Virus record (IMG/VR): IMGVR_UViG_3300032257_000008 | Location: 1 to 64,000 of that record | Direction: 5' to 3' (one strand) | From: a virus | Taxonomy: Duplodnaviria > Caudoviricetes | Length of the DNA: 64,000 bases | Shown here: piece by piece, positions 9,546 through 17,484 of the stretch | Numbering within the stretch: the stretch's first letter is position 1 | Layout: each line of letters starts with the position of its first letter | Made by a program: the position numbers and the translations under genes | The notes under the pieces: generated by a model | Seen by the model: only the letters and a program-made list of their open reading frames with translations | What the model was told of the DNA's origin: nothing | Databases searched by the model: none

Positions 9546-10038
9546 CGTTTATAGCCCTCAGTACAGTTAATCTTTCTTCTGGACTTCTACCATCCAATTC
9601 ATTAAATCCACGTTGATCCAGTTCTCTTTGAATTCGCTCATCAACCCGACTATCACCTAAATTAATCCAGATACCATCACTTATACCTCGTATGACGTTA
9701 TCACTTATAATTTTATAATGCGGAAAGCGTAGTCCCCGGGCATAAGCCCAGGATCTTAATACATCACGTAAAGTTCTACCAATAATAAATATGGTTTTAT
9801 TCAAGTATAGCCACTCACCACTGTAATACTCATATAACCCGGGCTCTGAACCTGAGTAATACCAGTGATCATCATCTTTAGGGTCATCAGGGGGAACTTC
9901 ACCAATATAAAGCCTTGGTAAACTTTCTCTGTAATCATTAGACTCTAAATTATCGGAAATAAGTAACTTAGCAGTTTCCTGCTTAATTTCTTCTTCCAGG
10001 TGTGCATTCATTGATGGCATATTTTTAAGTGGATTCAT
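9535..10038 (-). CDS. Hypothetical protein
   Basis: 167 aa, translationally coupled. Confidence 0.65.
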   Translation of the reverse strand: MNPLKNMPSMNAHLEEEIKQETAKLLISDNLESNDYRESLPRLYIGEVPPDDPKDDDHWYYSGSEPGLYEYYSGEWLYLNKTIFIIGRTLRDVLRSWAYARGLRFPHYKIISDNVIRGISDGIWINLGDSRVDERIQRELDQRGFNELDGRSPEERLTVLRAINDGY

Positions 10039-10334
10039 TAGCTTTGAGGGATATTACCGTAAGGGTATGGAAGGTCGTAATTAGTAAACATGGCTTTCAT
10101 TATGTTATTTTTAAGCATATCTAATTCTTGCCTGGTTACCGGACCTTGGTTACTCATGTCCTTAGTTTCCAAATTACTAACTTGAGCCTTAAGAGCAATA
10201 ATGTCACCTTCTAATATACTAATACGTTCATCATATTCATCACGTAATTTCTGTATTAATTTTTGAGGATCCCATAAAAACTCAGCAACCTTAGATTGCT
10301 TTTCTTCTTCAGTTAACCCAGATTCATCAATCAT
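10038..10334 (-). CDS. Hypothetical coiled-coil protein
   Basis: 98 aa, GGAG RBS upstream. Confidence 0.65.
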   Translation of the reverse strand: MIDESGLTEEEKQSKVAEFLWDPQKLIQKLRDEYDERISILEGDIIALKAQVSNLETKDMSNQGPVTRQELDMLKNNIMKAMFTNYDLPYPYGNIPQS

Positions 10335-10527
10335 AACCAGTTATCTCCTTCAGCTGATGCATGAAGTCACGAGCCGAATAGAATTTACTAAATTTAATTT
10401 TAGTATGTACAGTATTATCAGGCTTAAGAATTTTAATAATTAACTTCCCATCTTCAACAGACGGTACAGCTCTAACGTCATCTTCAAGCTCTATATGTTT
10501 TGTATTATTCTGTTCGTAAATAGGCAT
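10327..10527 (-). CDS. Hypothetical protein, first gene of the leftward operon
   Basis: 66 aa, directly downstream of a sigma70-type promoter. Confidence 0.65.
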   Translation of the reverse strand: MPIYEQNNTKHIELEDDVRAVPSVEDGKLIIKILKPDNTVHTKIKFSKFYSARDFMHQLKEITGYD

Positions 10528-10533
10528 ACAAGG

Positions 10534-10562
10534 AATATAGCATTGAGGGTGTGTTTAGGCAA
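10534..10562 (-). promoter_or_regulatory. Sigma70-type promoter TTGCCT-N17-TATATT with extended -10 TG and AT-rich UP element
   Basis: -35 at 10562-10557, -10 at 10539-10534, 17-nt spacer ending TGC, nearly pure A/T run at 10563-10595. Confidence 0.65.
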
Positions 10563-10932
10563 ATTAAATATAATATTTATTATTTATTATTTATAAGAAG
10601 CACTCAGATTAATGATTCCTCCGATTACTCACGACTCCGCTCTCGCTGACGCTTCGCTCGTCGTTCCTAATCTCCTCCTCATTACTCTTCGCTTCTGAAC
10701 CAAGGGAAAGACCTGGTAGATAGTATTGCCTCGCGCACGGGCGTATACAGATAGTATTAATATTTACTTATACAGGTTTTTCAAATTTTTCATATTGACT
10801 TGTGATGGTAGTACTTACTGAGCGAAGGCATCCCGTAGCGAAGTACCCCCCCTACAGCACTACAATAACGTTCCTTTTTAAACCCCTTTTTGTACAGTGG
10901 AATATTCCAACTATTACCTGAGGTATAACATC
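10563..10932. other. Probable genome terminus / terminal repeat region
   Basis: Non-coding divergence point between terminase-side late genes and small early genes, the position of the ends in N4-like phages. Contains GC-rich mini-hairpin motifs and a C7 run. Confidence 0.6.
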
Positions 10933-11109
10933 ATGTGGCAAGATCTTAAGACAATCGTATCATCAATCACTGCAGTCATCACTTCAACAGCACGTACATG
11001 CGAGAAGACAGTCATGTTAGTCGAGAACGAAGTGGATAACCTAGATGCAGAGCAGAAGATTCGCTTAGCCGAAAATACTCAACGCAGACTCAAAGCAGAA
11101 GCAGAGTAG
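10933..11109 (+). CDS. First early gene (small helical protein)
   Basis: ATG 10933 with GAGG RBS, MWQDLKTIVSSITAVITST... Confidence 0.7.
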   Translation: MWQDLKTIVSSITAVITSTARTCEKTVMLVENEVDNLDAEQKIRLAENTQRRLKAEAE

Positions 11110-11115
11110 CCTACC

Positions 11116-11141
11116 TATACTCACCCTAAGGGGTGGGTATA
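11116..11141 (+). terminator. Hairpin TATACTCACCC-TAAG-GGGTGGGTATA
   Basis: 11-bp stem with one G-U directly after the stop codon. No clear U tract. Confidence 0.45.
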
Positions 11142-11146
11142 AACCC

Positions 11147-11172
11147 TTACACTTACACAACACATAAGATAG
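11147..11172 (+). repeat. 26-nt motif copy 1, TTACACTTACACA-N7-AGATAG
   Basis: 23/26 identical to 15056..15081. Both copies follow a hairpin. Confidence 0.8.
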
Positions 11173-11270
11173 CGCGAAAGACTATTACTGTTAGCTCATG
11201 TACTACCTGTACTGTTCAGTACAACTAAGCAGTGGCTTCTTGTTAAGTAGTAATTAACTAGGAGAGAATA

Positions 11271-11513
11271 ATGTCTGAAGCTTACATACTGTATAAACGT
11301 AATCCTATTACAAATAGTCCACCTATCATGCTTGATATATATGATAGTCATTTAGATATTAGATGTGCTGTGGGTGCACTAAATAGGTATGCACCTAAAG
11401 ATGTTGAATACATCTACTCAGAACATAACTCAGTAAATGAAGATGAACTTTCTGATAATGCTACGCCAGTAAAGTTCAATACTAATCATGTAATCAAACC
11501 CATTAATACTTAA
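11271..11513 (+). CDS. Hypothetical early protein
   Basis: AGGAG RBS, 80 aa. Confidence 0.7.
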   Translation: MSEAYILYKRNPITNSPPIMLDIYDSHLDIRCAVGALNRYAPKDVEYIYSEHNSVNEDELSDNATPVKFNTNHVIKPINT

Positions 11514-11526
11514 TTGGAGATACATC

Positions 11527-11844
11527 ATGTCACAATCAACTGAAGTAAAACTAGTAATGCCTATGGAATCATGTGAGTTCTATTCAGGTAGTCGTGTATT
11601 AGGGTTATCTTTAAACGTAGCCTTAAATACTGAAAAGGTTATTAAAGACCTTAATATCAGACCTTATATCATAGATAACATGAATCACTTCATTAAATGT
11701 ATTGGTCTTACTAAGACTAAATTCATTATGGATATGGTAGAACATTATGAAGAATTCTACTGTATGCATGAAGAAGGGGAGCATGACTATGATCCTTCTA
11801 AGCCTGCTTGTGTACTTTCATTAACTATCCATCATTATGGATAA
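11527..11844 (+). CDS. Hypothetical early protein
   Basis: GGAG RBS, 105 aa. Confidence 0.7.
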   Translation: MSQSTEVKLVMPMESCEFYSGSRVLGLSLNVALNTEKVIKDLNIRPYIIDNMNHFIKCIGLTKTKFIMDMVEHYEEFYCMHEEGEHDYDPSKPACVLSLTIHHYG

Positions 11845-11860
11845 CCTTACAATTAATTAA

Positions 11861-11884
11861 GAAGGCTCTTCGGAGCTTTCTTCT
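11861..11884 (+). terminator. UUCG hairpin, terminator-like
   Basis: GAAGGCTC-TTCG-GAGCTTTC followed by TTCT. Confidence 0.55.
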
Positions 11885-11901
11885 ACTACTGGAGAAAGAA
11901 T

Positions 11902-12306
11902 ATGAATGATTTAACCATTAAACCTATTACTCTTACCCTACAACAGCTATCTGATTATGCTGCGGGTAGTATAGGCGTTAGAACAGCTGGTAAACAGTTT
12001 CGTAATACCTCACCTGCCTTAGTCCTTATGGATGGTACAGACTTATCTGTGCAAGCTGGAGAATACTTGTATTCTGAACCTCGTGAGGACTTCGCTACAC
12101 TATATACAGCCGTTGAAGTAGGTTTTCCTACCTTCGATGTACCGTTGGAATGGTTAGAGTATGCTGAAGACTCTAATAATCCTACTGGGACAGTATATCC
12201 ATACATACCTATAGAAATGGTATTAAAGTATATCAATGCTGTTGGTATTGATCCTAGTAAGTTCCCTGAAAACTTTATATTAGAACCTACCATTTCTAAA
12301 GTGTAA
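11902..12306 (+). CDS. Hypothetical early protein
   Basis: GGAG RBS, 134 aa. Confidence 0.75.
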   Translation: MNDLTIKPITLTLQQLSDYAAGSIGVRTAGKQFRNTSPALVLMDGTDLSVQAGEYLYSEPREDFATLYTAVEVGFPTFDVPLEWLEYAEDSNNPTGTVYPYIPIEMVLKYINAVGIDPSKFPENFILEPTISKV

Positions 12307-12328
12307 TAATAGCCCTTCGGGGTTATTA
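12307..12328 (+). terminator. UUCG hairpin, terminator-like
   Basis: TAATAGCCC-TTCG-GGGTTATTA. Confidence 0.55.
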
Positions 12329-12349
12329 ACTCTCAACTGGAGAACTACT

Positions 12350-12499
12350 ATGTCATTCAAAGTATACGCAGGCAACATGTATTGTGGTGTATTGGATATC
12401 GTTATCGATACTCACATATTCCATAACTTAAACAATAAAATCAAAGCTGGTGAGTACATCAATAAGTATAAACAACTTAGATTAGTGAGGAATAACTAA
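12350..12499 (+). CDS. Small hypothetical protein (49 aa), not in ORF track
   Basis: GGAG RBS, MSFKVYAGNMYCGVLDIVIDTHIFHNLNNKIKAGEYINKYKQLRLVRNN. The TAA overlaps the next ATG. Confidence 0.7.
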   Translation: MSFKVYAGNMYCGVLDIVIDTHIFHNLNNKIKAGEYINKYKQLRLVRNN

Positions 12500-12756
12500 T
12501 GGAGCTAGGGATATTTATACCTAGTCTATTACTGTACTTCACATCAACGTTGTACATCATGATCTACCCTGAAAGACTATTCAATAAAGACAGTAGATAT
12601 GCTCTACGTTTCATTGAGTGGTATGAGTATCCACTGGCAGTAATAATGCTGCCTGCTGTTTACTTAGTATCAGTACAACTCCACCGTATTGAAGTACGTC
12701 GAAAGAAGCGAAACAAACTAAAAAAACTATTACTTGGAGAAACTAATGAGTATTAA
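12499..12756 (+). CDS. Small membrane protein
   Basis: Two hydrophobic segments, basic C-terminus. Confidence 0.7.
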   Translation: MELGIFIPSLLLYFTSTLYIMIYPERLFNKDSRYALRFIEWYEYPLAVIMLPAVYLVSVQLHRIEVRRKKRNKLKKLLLGETNEY

Positions 12757-12928
12757 AATGAATACTACTCGTAATAAGGCAGACTTCATTGCCTATCGTA
12801 AGACTCGAGAACGTAAGCTTGGTGTATGTCGTGGTGTGCCTAACGTACATCGAATACATCAAATCACTTGGAGAACATTCAGATGTTTTGATTGTGCTAC
12901 TAAGCCTGTAAGGAGTAATGTATGTTAA
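12746..12928 (+). CDS. Small basic Cys-containing protein
   Basis: ATG 12746 after GGAG, CxxC near the C-terminus. Confidence 0.55.
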   Translation: MSIKMNTTRNKADFIAYRKTRERKLGVCRGVPNVHRIHQITWRTFRCFDCATKPVRSNVC

Positions 12929-12996
12929 TTGTATTAAGCTTCTGGATACCCTTAGCTTTACTGTTTATTAGTACATCTCTTGTTCAGCCGGCATAA
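12922..12996 (+). CDS. 24-aa hydrophobic peptide, not in ORF track
   Basis: AGGAG upstream, MLIVLSFWIPLALLFISTSLVQPA, overlaps the previous stop. Confidence 0.4.
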   Translation: MLIVLSFWIPLALLFISTSLVQPA

Positions 12997-13050
12997 CGTT
13001 CAGCCTATCATGGATATTTGATCTGTCAATACCCACATTTCACAATAACT

Positions 13051-13113
13051 ATACTTATCAGTAAGTTACATATCATTGTATTTATTAATGGTAAATAACT
13101 TATTGATAGGTAT
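13051..13113 (+). promoter_or_regulatory. Long intergenic hairpin (18-bp outer stem)
   Basis: ATACTTATCAGTAAGTTA pairs with TAACTTATTGATAGGTAT (two G-U), plus inner TATCATT/AATGGTA. Confidence 0.55.
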
Positions 13114-13153
13114 TAACTGTTAGTTAGTACTCACTAACTTAGGAGCTATAAAA

Positions 13154-13372
13154 ATGACATTAACAATACAATTAGAATACTTTAAACGATCTGGTAAGTA
13201 TTACTCTAGTGGTACGTTAGAGGTAGAGGTAGATTCTTACTATGAGGTGATAGATATAATACATCAACATATGATGTCTAAAACATTACCTGATCTAGTC
13301 CCTAACCATTCAGATTTCATTGTGCATGCTAATGAAGAAACTATTGGGTTTCCAATATTAATGGGGCTATAA
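13154..13372 (+). CDS. Hypothetical protein
   Basis: AGGAG RBS, LEYFKRSGKYYSSG motif. Confidence 0.75.
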   Translation: MTLTIQLEYFKRSGKYYSSGTLEVEVDSYYEVIDIIHQHMMSKTLPDLVPNHSDFIVHANEETIGFPILMGL

Positions 13373-13373
13373 A

Positions 13374-13589
13374 ATGAATAGAGCTCAATTTGATAAACAA
13401 ATGAAAGCTTATAATGTAGACATGGCTGCTGCATTACTATGTAATCAAGAGATGTTAATACTACGTATACGCTCTCGTAAGATGCAGCTTGCACGTACAT
13501 ACTTCGAACAAGTGTATGGTAAGAAACAAATACCTGACTTCATAATGCAGAAGTACAAAATACCTTATAGGAGGTTCAGAAATGGCTAA
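13374..13589 (+). CDS. Hypothetical basic protein
   Basis: 71 aa, coupled to neighbours. Confidence 0.65.
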   Translation: MNRAQFDKQMKAYNVDMAAALLCNQEMLILRIRSRKMQLARTYFEQVYGKKQIPDFIMQKYKIPYRRFRNG

Positions 13590-13989
13590 CCATTCAAGTA
13601 AGACTGGTAGATTCAACCATAAATACCCAATGAATCAGATCATTAATATTGCTAAGAATATGGATGAAGCAAGAGTACAAGGATTGTCTCGTGGTAGTAG
13701 TAAGAACTCTGTATTCATGGAACTATACAATGGTATGTTCATGGATAATGTGGATTATATTACAAATAAACCACAACCTCGTATTTATACCATTAAGTGG
13801 AAATATGATGCTGCAATGCGTAGATACCAGAAGGCTAAAGCTGAAGCTTTACTACTTCAAGATGAAGACGCAATAAATGCATTAGTAGAACCAATACTAG
13901 ATGTAGATTACCTTGATAACATGCCACAACCATCATGGCAGAAGATGCATCAGGGTAGACAGTCTAAGAAGCAACGGAGAAACAAATGA
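13582..13989 (+). CDS. Hypothetical basic protein
   Basis: GGAGG RBS, 135 aa. Confidence 0.75.
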   Translation: MANHSSKTGRFNHKYPMNQIINIAKNMDEARVQGLSRGSSKNSVFMELYNGMFMDNVDYITNKPQPRIYTIKWKYDAAMRRYQKAKAEALLLQDEDAINALVEPILDVDYLDNMPQPSWQKMHQGRQSKKQRRNK

Positions 13990-14276
13990 TTGAGATACCT
14001 AAGTATTACAATCCTGAATCCTGTGGTAGTACTTTCATGAAAGATATGGAGCTCATAGAGCAAGATATAATTCAAGCAGTACTACTTAATGATACTAATC
14101 TACTTAATAATCTAAAATATCGTAAAGGCAAGAAGTGTCGTAGATACTACTATAGGCTTTATGAACAACTAGGTACTCAAGTACCTGAGGAAATACAAAA
14201 TGAAATTGATAAACTTATTGCTCATCACGAGCTTATACCTAGTAACCAGTGGGTGCGTACCGTATTCGGAGAATAA
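13986..14276 (+). CDS. Hypothetical protein
   Basis: GGAG RBS, 96 aa. Confidence 0.65.
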   Translation: MIEIPKYYNPESCGSTFMKDMELIEQDIIQAVLLNDTNLLNNLKYRKGKKCRRYYYRLYEQLGTQVPEEIQNEIDKLIAHHELIPSNQWVRTVFGE

Positions 14277-14679
14277 CTGGGGAATGGGTTGGGAGCATGA
14301 CTTCATCACTCCAATTGGTATTGAGTATCGATTAGACTATGGTATTACTACCTTCACAGCTGATGAGATTGAATACAATCTACAACTAATGGCTGAATGT
14401 ATGGGTTATCCGGTACCGGACAACAATAGTTTAATGATCGTAATAACTGATAAAGCTGGTCTTGATACTATTGGTGCTACATCCGGATCATGGGGAGTAT
14501 TTAGATCATACCCTAATCTCATAGGTTTATGGGGTGGTACTCACTCCAATGAAGACTTTAGAGTAAACCATACAATGAAGCATGAGTTCTTGCATTACCT
14601 GTTGTATATCAACAATGGGCATGCAGATGATGGTCATCACAATACTCAGGCTAAAGCATGCCTGAATGGGTATGACTAA
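14200..14679 (+). CDS. Putative lipoprotein with HExxH zinc-metallopeptidase motif
   Basis: Signal peptide ending LVTSG-C, and TMKHEFLHYLL. Confidence 0.7.
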   Translation: MKLINLLLITSLYLVTSGCVPYSENNWGMGWEHDFITPIGIEYRLDYGITTFTADEIEYNLQLMAECMGYPVPDNNSLMIVITDKAGLDTIGATSGSWGVFRSYPNLIGLWGGTHSNEDFRVNHTMKHEFLHYLLYINNGHADDGHHNTQAKACLNGYD

Positions 14680-14813
14680 GTAGTAAGAGTTGCTTTTTGT
14701 AACATGAAGTGAAGAGTACTATGCACTTAATATCGTTAGTACCTTACCCATAGTATTGGGTTCGTATACAAACAAGGATGTTCTAATTACATAACTATGT
14801 AGGAGTAGTTAAA

Positions 14814-15020
14814 ATGGCATATGTCGAAGATGAAAATAGTGTTGTATGGGATGAAGCTGTAGCCGTTCATGAGTTCGGTGCAGAATATGTACAACAGAAC
14901 TTTCGTAAGTTAAGTATCAATGAAACTATCTTGTTTGAGAACCAATCAGCGTTATCAAATGAGTTCTTTCGTGAACTACCTTTAACCCCATCAGCAGTGA
15001 AGCACTCTTTAGCTCACTAA
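14814..15020 (+). CDS. Hypothetical acidic protein
   Basis: AGGAG RBS, 68 aa. Confidence 0.65.
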   Translation: MAYVEDENSVVWDEAVAVHEFGAEYVQQNFRKLSINETILFENQSALSNEFFRELPLTPSAVKHSLAH

Positions 15021-15022
15021 GT

Positions 15023-15051
15023 AACTGGCGCCTGGCAACAGGCGTTTAGTT
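15023..15051 (+). terminator. GCAA-loop hairpin
   Basis: AACTGGCGCCTG-GCAA-CAGGCGTTTAGTT. Confidence 0.5.
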
Positions 15052-15055
15052 CTCT

Positions 15056-15081
15056 TTACACTTACACACCACACCAGATAG
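15056..15081 (+). repeat. 26-nt motif copy 2
   Basis: TTACACTTACACA-CCACACC-AGATAG, 23/26 identical to 11147..11172. Confidence 0.8.
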
Positions 15082-15193
15082 TTCACTATAGTCTGTCCCT
15101 ATCGTTCTAACCTGAGTGATAGAGACTATCTATCAGCTTAACTTCTCTTTTTGTTAAATGATAATTAAATCAACTTTTAACTGGAGAGTTACA

Positions 15194-15445
15194 ATGGAAC
15201 AAGTTCAATCAACTAATAAAGCTGGCGACAAAAAATCATCTAAAGGCTTCAGCCTCGTTATGGATGGTACAATCGTTGGGTTTTTAACAATCAATGAGCG
15301 CCTACCTGAAACTACTCAGGACGCTATGCAATTGGAAGCTAACATGAAAGCTGTACTAGCTTCTGGTGATCTTGTGTTTAAGCCTTATGGCCAGCAAGAA
15401 ACTGGTACTCTGGATAATATCCTTGCGGGTACTACTACAGAGTAA
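15194..15445 (+). CDS. Hypothetical early protein upstream of RNAP II
   Basis: ATG 15194 after GGAG, flanked by hairpins. Confidence 0.75.
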   Translation: MEQVQSTNKAGDKKSSKGFSLVMDGTIVGFLTINERLPETTQDAMQLEANMKAVLASGDLVFKPYGQQETGTLDNILAGTTTE

Positions 15446-15451
15446 AAATAT

Positions 15452-15469
15452 GAGCACCTTCGGGTGCTC
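15452..15469 (+). terminator. UUCG hairpin
   Basis: GAGCACC-TTCG-GGTGCTC followed by TATTT. Confidence 0.6.
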
Positions 15470-15491
15470 TATTTCTGGTGGAGATAATGTC

Positions 15492-15680
15492 ATGTCATTT
15501 GAACAATGTATTACCTGTCGTTGGTATGTTTGTGTGGATAATGAGTTACATCATGTTGAATGGTGTGGCCATGAGTTAAATCCTGAACATAGTAAAGACA
15601 ATACAACTGAAGAACTCTGTCCCATTGTGGGAAAGCCTGAACCAAAGTACTTACATCATCCGGAGAAAGATAATGAATAA
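15492..15680 (+). CDS. Small Cys-rich protein
   Basis: GGAG RBS, CITC...C...C. Confidence 0.55.
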   Translation: MSFEQCITCRWYVCVDNELHHVEWCGHELNPEHSKDNTTEELCPIVGKPEPKYLHHPEKDNE

Positions 15681-15996
15681 GAAGTCCCTGATAGAACTAG
15701 CTAAAGAACATGGTTACTCAAAGGCTGAATTTAAAGACGAGTTAATGTCTATATTCGGTGCACTTGCAATAGAAGATCTGGAGAGTCCAGACAATAAAGA
15801 CAAGGTAGATAACATAGTTTATTTAGTTAAGGCTGATAGTACGTTACTAACTGTAGCTATCCGTAAAGGTGTACCTGAAGGGTTTCTTGAAGAAGTGGGT
15901 ATTAAAATACCTGACGATGTTAAAGAAAAAGCTGATAACAGTGAACAAATAGTAGTAGATGCTATTAAAGCAGCTTCTAACGCAACAAAACATTAA
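15673..15996 (+). CDS. Hypothetical protein
   Basis: ATG 15673 after GGAG. Confidence 0.7.
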   Translation: MNKKSLIELAKEHGYSKAEFKDELMSIFGALAIEDLESPDNKDKVDNIVYLVKADSTLLTVAIRKGVPEGFLEEVGIKIPDDVKEKADNSEQIVVDAIKAASNATKH

Positions 15997-16020
15997 TACC
16001 AACTAGTGGAGTAGGTAGTT

Positions 16021-16893
16021 ATGAACCAGTTACAAATAGAAGAGAAATATTCACGCAGAAATATCCGTAAAGTAGTCATGGCTGATGTAGGTCAGGACTC
16101 ACCGGTATTTCATGCATGCGTGAAAGCTATTGAGTTCTACCGCAATACTAAGTACTACGATACTAAGACTAAACGTATTGAAGCTTTAAGTATTGATAGC
16201 CATAGTGCAGCTCTGGAAGTATTCATTGCTGTATTACCTATCAAAGAATTAAGCCCAATACAGTCTGTTGCTACGCAAATAGGTAACCGTCTTGGATACC
16301 AAGCAGTACTTGATGGTGTTAAAACAGCTGCAGAGATAATGGCAGTATGTGAAGCCTCAGGCTTATATACGCTGTATCACTCAACGAGTCCGGATAATGA
16401 TACTGGTACGTTAGGTGTTAAGCCTAATTACAAGCTCAGCAGCGATACAGAGGCTTTCATTGCTAAAACGATGTATCTACCTCCTATGATTCAGGAACCT
16501 GAAGAATGGACAGATAATGCACATGGTGGCTATCTGGAAGGTACTGGCTCAGTGATACTGGGAAACATTAACCATCATCATGAAAACCAAGCACTTGATG
16601 CTATCAATATCATTCAACGTATCCCTTGGGAGTTGAATATAGATATGCTCGAGTACGAAGAATGTCCTAATAAAACTCTGGATACCCCAGACAAGACTAA
16701 GCAATTCAATGATATGAAGCATAAATCACGCTCTGTATATGATGAAATGCTTGGGTTAGGTAACCGATTCTTCTTCACTTGGAAATATGACAAACGTGGA
16801 CGTATGTACTCTCAGGGTTATCACATTAACCTTCAATCAACAGAGTATAAGAAGTCTATTCTTCAATTCTCAAATAAGGAACTGATATGTTAA
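16021..16893 (+). CDS. RNA polymerase II subunit 1 (N4 gp15-like, N-terminal half of T7-type RNAP)
   Basis: YLPPMIQEPEEW and WKYDKRGRMYSQGYHINLQ (DxRGRxY motif). Confidence 0.92.
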   Translation: MNQLQIEEKYSRRNIRKVVMADVGQDSPVFHACVKAIEFYRNTKYYDTKTKRIEALSIDSHSAALEVFIAVLPIKELSPIQSVATQIGNRLGYQAVLDGVKTAAEIMAVCEASGLYTLYHSTSPDNDTGTLGVKPNYKLSSDTEAFIAKTMYLPPMIQEPEEWTDNAHGGYLEGTGSVILGNINHHHENQALDAINIIQRIPWELNIDMLEYEECPNKTLDTPDKTKQFNDMKHKSRSVYDEMLGLGNRFFFTWKYDKRGRMYSQGYHINLQSTEYKKSILQFSNKELIC

Positions 16894-17165
16894 ATAGTTA
16901 TCAACAATTTAAAAAAGATTTTAAGGACTTCATAATGTATTTTGTATTCGGCATCATATTCTGGGTAACCATAGCTAATCTATTTGAGATTGGGTATGAC
17001 AGTACTGATAGTGAAGAAGGTCGTAGTGGTCTGCGACTATTCACTGATGATCTCACTGGTTGCCAGTACTTAGGTACTGCTATGGGTGGTATCACTCCCA
17101 GACTGAACGAAGAGTCTCAACATATATGTGATGAAGAGGCTGAAATACAACGGTTACAGATATGA
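16887..17165 (+). CDS. Small membrane-anchored protein (DUF6440-like)
   Basis: N-terminal TM, LFTDDLTGCQYL...GGITPRL. Confidence 0.7.
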   Translation: MLNSYQQFKKDFKDFIMYFVFGIIFWVTIANLFEIGYDSTDSEEGRSGLRLFTDDLTGCQYLGTAMGGITPRLNEESQHICDEEAEIQRLQI

Positions 17166-17431
17166 GAAAACGTGTTAATTCCCATAAATGGTTAATTGCC
17201 ACTGAGGTCATTAGTTGTCCTCATTGTGGTAGTAAAGATGTCTACATTCACAATCCGATACAACATGATAGAAGTAGTGATAAACAAGATCATAAGTATC
17301 TTCTATTAGATGTTCAATTGAGATGTAGGAACTGTCAGGAAAATGTACTGCTGTATATACAGATCCCATTAAAAAACTTAATTATAGAGAGGGTGAAACT
17401 TGAAGAACTCATCGAAAATAACACAGGCTGA
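17162..17431 (+). CDS. Zn-ribbon protein
   Basis: CPHC and CRNC. Confidence 0.6.
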   Translation: MRKRVNSHKWLIATEVISCPHCGSKDVYIHNPIQHDRSSDKQDHKYLLLDVQLRCRNCQENVLLYIQIPLKNLIIERVKLEELIENNTG

Positions 17432-17484
17432 TCTTATGAACCAAACTAATCTCAGAACAATAACTTATGTAGGAGTAAGTACAA

